A stretch of DNA of 64,000 bases from Candidatus Binatia bacterium. GTDB lineage: Bacteria > Desulfobacterota > Binatia > UBA9968 > CAXXLF01. The DNA is taken from assembly GCA_963664015.2 (NCBI GenBank), contig CAXXLF010000002.1, positions 832,001 through 896,000 on the forward strand, in the 5' to 3' direction. The first letter of the stretch is position 1. The number at the start of each line of letters is the position of its first letter. A program made the translations under genes and the position numbers. Shown piece after piece: positions 40,868 through 49,974 of the stretch. Below the pieces are notes generated by a model that did no database searches, was not told where the DNA came from, and worked only from the letters and a program-made list of their open reading frames with translations.

Positions 40868-41746
40868 CTACGAGCCAAGGCGCAGGAAAGCAACACCCAT
40901 GACCGCAAGCAGGCTGGCCAGTACAACCCGTTGCGTGATCTGTTCCAATCCTCGTAAAAATACCGCACTCAAGAGCACGGTAATGAGCGGCACGGTTTCC
41001 ATTATGGGTGTGACACGAACAACCTCGCCATAGAAGAGCGCATAAAATCCAATGATCCAAGCCGCGATTACGAATACGGTGGAAAGGACAAAGCAAAGGA
41101 AACTCCTTTTCTCATACGTCAGGGCGCTACGAGTCGATCCGGATGCCGCTAGTAAGGCCAAGGAAAACAGGAAGCCGCCCGTGGTACCGATTGCCGCGCC
41201 GAAAATAGGTGCATTAAACACTAAGAGGCCAGCCTTACGGAGAACCTCGGAGCCTCCCCGAACTGCTGCGGCTGCAACTCCTAAGAGAAAGCCTCGGTTA
41301 CGTAGCATACGGAAGTCGAAGCCTTGTTTTTCATTCTTAGGCACGGCCAGGAAAGCAGCTCCCATGGTGAGACACATCCCCAACATCTTTAAAGGCGTAA
41401 GTTTCTCATCAAAAAACGCCACGGAAATCATGGAGACAATCAGTGGGAAGCTGTTGGTAGCGGTGGATGACAGGGATACCCCGATCCGGGAAATAGCGGA
41501 GTAAAGGAAAAAACGGAAGAGGCCTGGGGCAAGCACTCCCGCCGCCAAAAAATAGGGCAGAGAGCGGACGCTCCATACTTGCAACGGGTAGAAGATGATG
41601 AGCAAGGTAAGAAAGACAAGAAACGTTACCGTGAGGGAGACTATGACCGCTGTAGTCGAATTGGAGCCAAAAGCCAGCCCCTTACGCACGGCTATATTGC
41701 TCAACGCGTACCTGAGTGCGGTGATAAAAGATAACGACTCGATCAT
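40868..41746 (-). CDS. DMT/EamA family transporter
   Basis: About 10 TM segments, duplicated F.EKL / FLRGLE halves. Confidence 0.85.
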   Translation of the reverse strand: MIESLSFITALRYALSNIAVRKGLAFGSNSTTAVIVSLTVTFLVFLTLLIIFYPLQVWSVRSLPYFLAAGVLAPGLFRFFLYSAISRIGVSLSSTATNSFPLIVSMISVAFFDEKLTPLKMLGMCLTMGAAFLAVPKNEKQGFDFRMLRNRGFLLGVAAAAVRGGSEVLRKAGLLVFNAPIFGAAIGTTGGFLFSLALLAASGSTRSALTYEKRSFLCFVLSTVFVIAAWIIGFYALFYGEVVRVTPIMETVPLITVLLSAVFLRGLEQITQRVVLASLLAVMGVAFLRLGS

Positions 41747-41970
41747 GGCTTAACCCAAAGCACTCAGGATACTTGGAATGGTCTTTTTGCCAAACCACCG
41801 GTTGGTTTGACTAAAGGGATCAACCACTATAGTAAAAGGCTCAAATCAATCCAAATGGTATAGTTAAGATCTAGGAGCTGATCGGTTGTTTCTATGATTC
41901 CACCGAGCGGGGAGAGGCAGGCAAACTTTTGGCATCCCTATCGGCGGATCATCGCTACTCGCCCCCCTTC

Positions 41971-42867
41971 ATGAACATCATAATCATAGGCAATCCGATA
42001 GCGGGACGGGGGAAGGCAAATCGCCAGATCGAGAGCCTGCCAAAGATACTCGAGCGACAGGGTCACCGAGTCACGACGTTTTAAACTCAAGCCGCGGGAG
42101 AAGCGGGACGTTGGGCCAGCCATGTCAAGCCCGACACAGGGGCCGTTGTCGTCGCCGGTGGCGACGGAACCCTAAACGAATTTCTTAACGGTATTCATGA
42201 TCCAAGTCGCGTACCCGTTGCCCTATTGCCCACCGGCAGCGCCAACGTCCTCGCCCATGAGCTAGGGTTGCCTTACGAGCCCGAGCAAATTGCCCGAATG
42301 ATTGATCGGGGAATGGTGCGGAGGATTGATATGGGGCAACTCGGTAATCGCCGTTTCCTGCTGCTGGTCAGCGCAGGCATTGATGCAATGGTTACCGAGT
42401 CGATCCAACGGAGCCGGAGGGGCACCCTTGGCTATAGCGGCTATCTGCTCCCCCCCCTAAAAGTGATCGTTCATTATCGTTTCCAAAAGCCTGAGGTCAC
42501 GGTCGATGGTCGGGAACCTGTGAGTGGAACTCTCGTTATGGTCAGTAACGTTCAAAACTACGGAGGAATTTTTAGTATTACGGATCGCGCTCGTAGCGGT
42601 TCTGGCCACCTGGATATCTGTGTATTCCACCATGGGACTATTCTAGCGCTGATTCGGTATGCCTTCTATGCACTTCGCCGCAGGGTATCGTGCCTGGCCG
42701 ATGTGACCTATCTTACGGGGAAGACCATTCGAATTGATTCTGAAGAGCCCGTTGCCGTAGAAGTAGACGGGGACTATTTCGTTACGACTCCGGCCGTGAT
42801 CGAGCTTAAACCTGCCTACGTTCCCATCCTCGTCCCTCACACGCCGCCGAACCAATGCATTCCATAG
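41971..42867 (+). pseudogene. Diacylglycerol/lipid kinase (YegS/BmrU family) with one premature stop
   Basis: MNIIIIGNPIAGRG, VAGGDGTLNE, PTGSANVLA, AGIDA, VEVDGD; TAA at 42082-42084. Confidence 0.82.
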
Positions 42868-43607
42868 ACGATGAGAAAGCCAAAGATCAATCCAAGTCCA
42901 ACGGCGAGTTTGTAGGGGCCATGGTGCAATTCGGGCATGAGTTCGGCAACGGCTATAAAAATGAATGTCACTGCAGCCAGTCCGATGATGTGAGGCAGCC
43001 AGCCCGGGACACCGACTAATACGACGCCGAGCATTGCCCCTACGGGGGTGAGAATGGCCAGGGCGGCAACGGCGATGACGACCTGCCGCCGTAACCATCC
43101 ACCGGCTAAAAACAGTACAGCAGCCGCGAATCCGTCAGGAAACTGGTGGATCAGCACCGCAGCCCCAGCCGTAAACCCTGTCGCCTGCCCCACCTGAAAG
43201 GCCGCAGGCAGGGTAAGACCGTCCACAACGCGATGCACCGCTAGAGCCGTAAAGGCAACCAGGGGAAGATTGGGTGCCAGTCGCGTGAAATGGGTATCTT
43301 TGTGGTCGTGTCTTTCCTCGCCACCCCCACCATGACCGTGGACATCTACCGCCCATTCGACGCCATAGAGGGCCAGAAACCCCAGTGCCATGGTCAAACC
43401 AACCGACTGGCTGGCCGCCATGGCCTCCGGGACGAGGTCGACAAAGGCCGTAGTCAGAAGAACGCCCGCCGTAACCCCAAGCAGGAAATGAAGACGCCGA
43501 CCCGTGGCCATTTGGCCCGCTAAAGGCAACAGGCCAGCGGTGAGTGTGATGACGGCTGCGATTCCTGATACCCAAATGGGGGTGCTATATGCAGCTGAAT
43601 TAATCAA
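42837..43607 (-). CDS. ZIP family divalent metal transporter
   Basis: AGVLL..AF.DLVPEA, His-rich loop, HRVVDG, IHQFPDG, FIFIAVAELMPE. Confidence 0.9.
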   Translation of the reverse strand: MINSAAYSTPIWVSGIAAVITLTAGLLPLAGQMATGRRLHFLLGVTAGVLLTTAFVDLVPEAMAASQSVGLTMALGFLALYGVEWAVDVHGHGGGGEERHDHKDTHFTRLAPNLPLVAFTALAVHRVVDGLTLPAAFQVGQATGFTAGAAVLIHQFPDGFAAAVLFLAGGWLRRQVVIAVAALAILTPVGAMLGVVLVGVPGWLPHIIGLAAVTFIFIAVAELMPELHHGPYKLAVGLGLIFGFLIVYGMHWFGGV

Positions 43608-43795
43608 GAAGCCTATATAGCAAATCGGCGAGATTCATGACAACAATATTTGTCGCAGTGTCGCGTTTGTACACGTTCGACCACCTTACGCCGCCCTCTG
43701 AATCCACATCTCCATTGTCTCACACCCCGTAGCTGTCTCCCGCCCTGTCCATCGGTTCCGCAACAAGGCCAAACCTGTTATACGTGGCGCACAAG

Positions 43796-44182
43796 ATGGC
43801 GGGACAAGAAGACAAGATTCGGCTGGACAAGTGGCTATGGGCGGCGCGCTTCTTTAAGACGCGATCCTTGGCAACGGAGGCCGTCGCCGGTGGCAAGGTA
43901 CACCTCAACGGCGCTCGCACGAAACCTGCCCGGGAAATACATATCGGGGACCAATTGACCATCCGGCGCGGGCCTTACGAATGGACAGTCGTGGTTCGTG
44001 ACCTTACGTCCCAGCGCGGACCAGCAAGTGAGGCTTTCCACTTGTACGAAGAAACGGAGCTAAGTAAACAAACCCGCGAGGGAGCAACCGCCCAAGTACG
44101 GGCCCAACAGTGGCGGCCCCCCCACTCGGAGGGACGTCCTTCTAAAAAAGACCGCCGTGACCTGAACCGCTTCCGGGGCTAG
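43796..44182 (+). CDS. hslR: Ribosome-associated heat shock protein Hsp15 (S4 domain)
   Basis: RLDKWLWAARFFKTRSLA, RGPASEA..LYEET, GRPSKKDRR. Confidence 0.93.
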   Translation: MAGQEDKIRLDKWLWAARFFKTRSLATEAVAGGKVHLNGARTKPAREIHIGDQLTIRRGPYEWTVVVRDLTSQRGPASEAFHLYEETELSKQTREGATAQVRAQQWRPPHSEGRPSKKDRRDLNRFRG

Positions 44183-44197
44183 AAATAAGTTGGGCGG

Positions 44198-45451
44198 TCA
44201 AATCCCCTCCAGGAGGGCCATTCGGACAAGGGCGATGGCGTTCATGCTCATCCGCGTGCGATCCGGCCGGCCGCGGCCGGCCATGTTAGTGGTTCGGCTC
44301 TTGAAATTCCTGCCATCGGTAATGGAGATAAAAGTCTGACCTCTGGCCATGTTCTCCGATTTGTCCGCTGGATCCGTAACCCCATGGAGTGCAAGTCCTA
44401 GATCACTTTTAGCTTGGGCTCGGACGGACCAGGCGAGTTCGTTGGTCAGGTTGACCGGGTCTTCCAGTAATTCATGGGTCCGGCCCGGCTGGCGCGAAAA
44501 AGCCAGTAACCTCTCAATGGACGGTATGCCAGCCCCAATGGTCCCTTCGACAAAGTGCTCAACGCTGGCCTGCTGAAGACGTTCAGCCACCAGGCCACCG
44601 GTCAGATCCTCGTAAACCGCAATCGTTCTCGTCTTTTCCCGCATCAACTTGGCAACTGCGTCTTCCATCGTTTCATCGTCGATGGCAAAGACGTGTCCCC
44701 CCAGCAAGTTTCGTACCTCCGATTCCACCGGTGATATGAGTTTCATGGCTTCATCAACGTTGGGCGCCTTGGCAGCAATACGAACATCGACCTGCCCCGG
44801 GTGTGCCAGCACCCCCACCGTCGGGTTGCTCGAGTTGGCAATGAGATGACCGATACGGTCATCCACGCTGCTCTCACCCATCTCCCCGACCTTGAGGACC
44901 CTATAGGTGATGACTTCAGACAGGTCAAATTTTTTCCGTAAGTAGGGAATCACCTCATGATCAAAGAGCCACTTGAGCTCGAAAGGGACTCCCGGCAGGG
45001 CATAGACGACGCCCCGCGTATCTTCCACGATGAAAGAGGGGGCCGTACCGTTTGGATTTTCAACCGGGATCGCTCCCTCGGGAAGATAGGCCTGCCTCTC
45101 GTTGTTGGCTGTCATGGTCAGTCCTCGGCCGCGGAAGCGGTGTTCTACTTGTTCCATCAATAGGGAGCTACGCAACAATTTGCGGCCAGAAACCTCGGCG
45201 AGAATCTCCCGTGTCAGATCATCCTGGGTGGGTCCGAGCCCTCCGCTCGTAATCACGATATCCGAACGCTCAAGGGCCCGCGTGATGACCTCTTTCATCC
45301 GACCCGGATTGTCGCCCACCACAGTCTTAAAATACAAGTTGATGCCCAGGGCGCTGAGGCGCTGGGCCATCCAGGCCGAGTTGGTGTCGACGATTTGTCC
45401 CAGCAGGAGCTCGGAACCGATAGCAACGATCTCGGCGTTCACGGATGCCAT
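44198..45451 (-). CDS. cinA: CinA family protein (MocF domain plus degenerate PncC-like domain)
   Basis: IGSELLLGQIVDTN, VVGDN, GGLGPTQDDLTRE, NPNGTAP, LPGVPFE; C-domain YEDLTGG. Confidence 0.85.
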   Translation of the reverse strand: MASVNAEIVAIGSELLLGQIVDTNSAWMAQRLSALGINLYFKTVVGDNPGRMKEVITRALERSDIVITSGGLGPTQDDLTREILAEVSGRKLLRSSLLMEQVEHRFRGRGLTMTANNERQAYLPEGAIPVENPNGTAPSFIVEDTRGVVYALPGVPFELKWLFDHEVIPYLRKKFDLSEVITYRVLKVGEMGESSVDDRIGHLIANSSNPTVGVLAHPGQVDVRIAAKAPNVDEAMKLISPVESEVRNLLGGHVFAIDDETMEDAVAKLMREKTRTIAVYEDLTGGLVAERLQQASVEHFVEGTIGAGIPSIERLLAFSRQPGRTHELLEDPVNLTNELAWSVRAQAKSDLGLALHGVTDPADKSENMARGQTFISITDGRNFKSRTTNMAGRGRPDRTRMSMNAIALVRMALLEGI

Positions 45452-45581
45452 GATTAGTCTCCTCTTGGGATTTCCGGAGCCACAGCGGGATTGGGTTCCT
45501 TACCGGGAATCATCTCAGTCACTCTATTCAATGCCGGCGCCCTGAAGTCAAGCCAGAGGGAATAGAGCGTGGGAATGAGAA

Positions 45582-45790
45582 TCAAAATAAATAGCGTAAA
45601 AAGGCCAATCCACCGAGGACAGCTGACCCTAGACCGCGATAGAGTTCAGAACCGGCACCGCGGGAAACGACCAAAGGTAGCATGGCAAAGACTGTGGTTG
45701 TACTGGTCATAAAAATAGGGCGGATCCGGCTATGGACACATTTTAAAAGCGCCTCCTGAGGCGGCTCGCCGCTACGGATAAAATTGCGCG
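45582..45790 (-). pseudogene. C-terminal fragment of an AcrB/RND efflux permease
   Basis: SRIRPIFMTSTTTVFAMLPLVV..GAGSELYRGLGSAVLGGL. Confidence 0.8.
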
Positions 45791-46603
45791 TTTGATGGAC
45801 GGGCACAACGGAAGCCGATATTATGATGCCCCGACCGGTAGTTTCGGGAGAGATCTCGGCCTCGCTGAGTTGTCGTCAACTCCTCCGGCTGTGAATAGTG
45901 GCCGCCCCCCACGAGTGCCGCGAACAGGCCCGGGCTCAGCCGCCTCACGACCATCGAGAGCATCGTACGGGTACGATCGATAGATACTGCTCACCCATTC
46001 CCAGACGTTTCCGCTGAGATCCAAAACACCATCAGGACTGGCCCCTCTGGGAAAACTCCCCACGGGAGCGGTTTCATTCCAACCCGCTTGGAACTGTCCC
46101 CGGCTCAAGTCCGGCGGGCTAGCCCCCCACGGGAACCTGCGCCCATCGGTTCCACTGGCCGCCTTTTCCCATTCGGCCTCGGTGGGCAGGCGCCTTCCCG
46201 CCCAGGCGCAGTACTTTCGCGCACCCGACCAGGAGACTTCAACCACCGGATGATGACCGTAACCCGGGTCTGCCGCCCATTCTCCGTCTGTCCAGTGAAT
46301 GCGCGCGTCATCGTCATCGATGTCATAAAACCTCTCCCCCTCGGATCCGGTTGGTCCCATGGCGTTGAGGAATACAGCAAACTGACGGATGGTCACCGGT
46401 GTGCGATCGATGAAACACGCCGGTAGCTCTACACGATGGCGCGGTCTCTCATCCGCCGGTCCCGAATCGCTCCCCATCGTAAAGGGGCCCGCAGGGATAG
46501 GGATCAGCGGCGTGAGCCCACCCTTTCCATCCTGCCCGTAGCTAACACCCCAGGGCACCAAGCAAAGGAGGAGTACTTGAACTAACACAGTGAATCGACT
46601 CAT
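45772..46603 (-). CDS. Secreted FGE-sulfatase (SUMF1/EgtB/PvdO) domain protein, frameshifted at a G6 run
   Basis: IPAGPFTMGS, ERPRHRV, RRLPTEAEWEKAA, DLSGNVWEW; removing one G at 45905-45910 restores RGG...NIGFRCAR. Confidence 0.82.
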
Positions 46604-46756
46604 GGTCTTTATGCATCCGAGATAAGAGGCAGCCATCCTAGCATTTCACAACTCCGCACACCACGCTCTTGAGTACACGTCATTTAATTTTCCATATTGA
46701 CTCGACCCCAATTGGCCTCTATAGTTGTTACAGAATCCGGTCGCCCAACCGTTCTC

Positions 46757-47914
46757 ATGCCCAGTTCAATGCCAGCAGACATTACCTTTCAACGCCGCGG
46801 AACCGTCGAAGGTTTTTTTGGACCTCCTTGGAGTATGTCCCATCGCGCTGACCTGTTCGTCTTCGGCCAAAGACACGGCATGAATACTTACCTCTACGCG
46901 CCAAAGGATGACCCCTACCATCGGGAGCACTGGGAAAAACCCTACCCGGAATCTCAGTGGAAGGAGTTGTTAAATCTTATTACCCTGGCACATCAGCATT
47001 GGATCGACTTCGTTTACGGTTTCCATCCTGGGAAGAATCTGCACTTCACCGCGGACGAACCTATCGACTGGTTGCTGCGTAAAGCCAAACTCCTCTATGA
47101 CGCTGGAGTGCGGACCTTCGCGGTCCTATTTGACGACATTCCCTCCTCCTTGGAATTTTCCGAAGACAAAAAGCAGTATCAGGGAAGTCTCGCTCGAGCC
47201 GAAGGTCAATGGCTCAAGCGCATCCTGGAACAACAGCCAACCAGCTGGAATGGGGTCGAATGGTGGATCTGTCCATCCTATTATACTGAAGACCCACTTC
47301 TCGCCCGCGTCTTCGGCAAATTTGAACCCTCGTTTCTGGAGACCCTGAGCCAGAACTTACCCGCTCCCGTGGCCTGTTTCTGGACCGGTCCGTTGGTTGT
47401 CTCTGAATCCATTAGCCTGACCCATGTGCAAAAGGTCATCAATGCTCTAAACCATCGCCTGATCTTATGGGACAATTACCCGGTCAACGATCTGAGCATG
47501 AGCATGGAGATGCATCTGGACCCAATCACAGGCCGGGACCCGCGGCTACCAGAGCAGGTCTATGGTTATTTGAATAACCCCTTGGTCCAGGCCTCTTTAA
47601 GCTTGATCCCCCTGGCCACGTGCTTCGACTTCGCCGCTAACACCCGAACCTACGACCCGGAGCGTAGCTGGGAGCGCGGCGTGACCGAGTGTTTCGGGAA
47701 AGAGGCCCTTATCCACTGGCAGGTATTGCGCGAATTCTATAATAGGATCAATCCATTAAAAGAAAAAAAACGCCCCATCCGCCTGACCGCTGAGGAGCGC
47801 TCGGCTCTCGAACGGGCCCACGGTTACCTGTTGGAACATGGGAACGAACCCTGGGTTAGAGAGTTTGCTCCCTGGCTTGCGATCTTAAAAGCGAATCTGG
47901 GAGTTGATCAATGA
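46757..47914 (+). CDS. GH84 O-GlcNAcase/beta-N-acetylglucosaminidase catalytic-domain protein, no signal peptide
   Basis: RGTVEGFFGPPWS, MNTYLYAPKDDPYHR..W, FAVLFDDI (catalytic DD), CPSYY, FWTGP.V, ILWDNYPVND. Confidence 0.92.
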   Translation: MPSSMPADITFQRRGTVEGFFGPPWSMSHRADLFVFGQRHGMNTYLYAPKDDPYHREHWEKPYPESQWKELLNLITLAHQHWIDFVYGFHPGKNLHFTADEPIDWLLRKAKLLYDAGVRTFAVLFDDIPSSLEFSEDKKQYQGSLARAEGQWLKRILEQQPTSWNGVEWWICPSYYTEDPLLARVFGKFEPSFLETLSQNLPAPVACFWTGPLVVSESISLTHVQKVINALNHRLILWDNYPVNDLSMSMEMHLDPITGRDPRLPEQVYGYLNNPLVQASLSLIPLATCFDFAANTRTYDPERSWERGVTECFGKEALIHWQVLREFYNRINPLKEKKRPIRLTAEERSALERAHGYLLEHGNEPWVREFAPWLAILKANLGVDQ

Positions 47915-48024
47915 CCATAAGTATCTTAAAGTTACAAAATTCAATCTACGAGCAGGATCCGTAATGGGCTCAAACGTCGGCTGAAATTTTTTTACCGACG
48001 CCTCCTTGCCTCAATCAAACCATC

Positions 48025-48981
48025 GTGAAGATCCAACTCGTAACACCCGCACCGGCCGACGCTCGAAACGGCAATCGCATGACGGCTTTGCGATGGGCCA
48101 GAATCTTACAACGGCAACGCCACCATGTCATCATTTCGGGCCGCTATTCGGGCCGACCTTGCGACCTCGTGATCGCCCTCCATGCGCTACGCAGTTACGA
48201 ATCGATCCGCCACTATCGGGATCTGCATCCGACAGCGCCACTGATCGTTGCCCTAACTGGCACGGATCTCTACCGGGATATACGCACCAATTCCCATGCA
48301 AGGGAATCCCTTGAACTGGCCACTCGACTCGTTGTGTTGCAGAAAAAGGCCAAGGATGATCTTCCCCGCCATCTCCATCAAAAGACACGAGTCATCTATC
48401 AGTCAGCGCCACGACTTCAGGGTACACCTCCGGAGAGTGAGCGGATCTTCAAGGTCTGCGTAGTCGGACATATGCGATCCGAGAAAGACCCCATGCGCAC
48501 CGCCATGGCCGCCCGTCTTCTTCCTTCGACCTCCCGAATAGCAGTCCTCCATATCGGCCGCGCCCTGACCGAGGACTTCCATCACCGCGCCGGACGGGAG
48601 GCCAAGCGAAACCCACGATATCGGTGGCTCGGGGACCTGCCCCATTGGAAGACTCGCAGGATATTGGCCGGATGCCATCTCTTGTCCCTGACATCGAGAA
48701 TGGAAGGGAGTTCCAATGTGCTCTCTGAGGCCATCGCCTCATCGGTCCCGGTGGTCGCCTCTAAAATCGCTGGACTCATAGGCACCCTGGGGGATCAGTA
48801 TTCAGGATACTTCCCCGTGGGCGATACTCGAGCGCTGTCTCACTTGCTCAGAAAAGTTGAGAACAACCCCAAGTTTTATCGTGAGCTCAAAAAGCACAGT
48901 AGGCGGCTATTTTCCCTGGTGGACCCCCGGGTTGAATACAAGTCGTGGTCCAAGCTCCTGAAAGAACTCCGCAAGCCATAA
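48025..48981 (+). CDS. senB: SenB-type selenosugar synthase (TIGR04348-like GT-B glycosyltransferase)
   Basis: TPAP...NGNRMTALRWA, IALHALRS, LTGTDLYRD, VGHMRSEKDP, SRMEGSSNVLSEA, GLIGTLG..Y.GYFPVGD. Confidence 0.85.
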   Translation: MKIQLVTPAPADARNGNRMTALRWARILQRQRHHVIISGRYSGRPCDLVIALHALRSYESIRHYRDLHPTAPLIVALTGTDLYRDIRTNSHARESLELATRLVVLQKKAKDDLPRHLHQKTRVIYQSAPRLQGTPPESERIFKVCVVGHMRSEKDPMRTAMAARLLPSTSRIAVLHIGRALTEDFHHRAGREAKRNPRYRWLGDLPHWKTRRILAGCHLLSLTSRMEGSSNVLSEAIASSVPVVASKIAGLIGTLGDQYSGYFPVGDTRALSHLLRKVENNPKFYRELKKHSRRLFSLVDPRVEYKSWSKLLKELRKP

Positions 48982-48986
48982 GGCTC

Positions 48987-49005
48987 GTGCCACCACTCTT
49001 GGCAC
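48987..49005 (+). terminator. Hairpin right after senB (no U-tract)
   Basis: GTGCCA-CCACTCT-TGGCAC. Confidence 0.3.
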
Positions 49006-49370
49006 TGGGACCCGTTATGGAACAATGATCCGCGACTCTACAGGGGAACCCTCGATAAAATTTGATCTGTCGTTCAACCTGCCAGTTTGACCTATTCAAC
49101 CAATTCCACAGGCTCACGGTCATCGTGAGGTACTTGAACCATGAGGTTCTCGACAGGTTGCCCCCTCGAACCATCCATTCACCCCATTCACGATCCGTCT
49201 CCCAAAGGACTATCTGTCAGTCTCAATTATGAACCACTGTGGCCGTCCTCGGGCTGACAGTTAAAGTTGGGCTCCGCTTTACTCGGTCAGTCCCGAGGCC
49301 ATCAAGGGTCAATTCGGCACACGACGGTACAGGACCGAATTCCGATACCCGCGGGCTCACGGTGTCTGCA

Positions 49371-49388
49371 TAGGCATATATTTTGCCT
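49371..49388 (+). promoter_or_regulatory. Possible sigma54 -24/-12 site or short palindrome
   Basis: AGGCAT-ATATT-TTGCC has GG-N10-GC spacing, upstream of the lipoprotein gene. Confidence 0.25.
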
Positions 49389-49511
49389 CGATATTGACGG
49401 TTAGAACATCGCCAGGTGACCGGTATCGAAAGTGCGTCATCACTTGCTGATATGATGAGACGAATTTTACATTACCTTATTTGAGTTACCCTAGTACCAA
49501 GGAGGCCACCG

Positions 49512-49832
49512 ATGGAAAAACTTATTACGATGGTTTTAGCATTTTCCCTCTTTCTCCTGGGAGGATGCGCTACTTTTCGGAGCCTGCAGGCAGACAGCAG
49601 CATAGCCTGGAAAAAGACCAAGAGTGTGTTCTCAAGAGGTTCCAGCACCGATAACGCAACGGTTCGCGCCGCGCAAGTAAAATTGAAAGCCCGAGGATAT
49701 CACTCGGGCTCGGTGGATGCTGTCATGGGTCCCCAGACCGTACATGCGCTGCGCCGATACCAGGCAGCCAATGGGCTCAGAATCACCGGTGAGGTCGACG
49801 AGGGGACCCTGGTCTCCCTTGGAGTGCAATGA
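49512..49832 (+). CDS. Lipoprotein with a peptidoglycan-binding (PG_binding_1) domain
   Basis: Lipobox LGGC; VRAAQ..L..RGY..GSVDAVMGPQT..ALRRYQAANGL.ITG; AGGAGG SD. Confidence 0.88.
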   Translation: MEKLITMVLAFSLFLLGGCATFRSLQADSSIAWKKTKSVFSRGSSTDNATVRAAQVKLKARGYHSGSVDAVMGPQTVHALRRYQAANGLRITGEVDEGTLVSLGVQ

Positions 49833-49974
49833 AGCCTACACGGGCTTACGCCCGTGGTAATCTTCCTTTCTTCGGCGGAATCCGCCGAAGCAGCCGATTA
49901 GGCTGCGAAGGCGGATAAGTCCAGGTAGCCGCCGCCCTCTTTTTAAATCTTTTACACACGGCGTTTCGTGACTT

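Noticed and set aside
45772-46636. Calling the FGE-domain gene senA/egtB and the locus a selenoneine cluster
   Set aside because: It is too short, has a signal peptide, and lacks the DinB domain and HxxxHxE motif; no selD is in the window.
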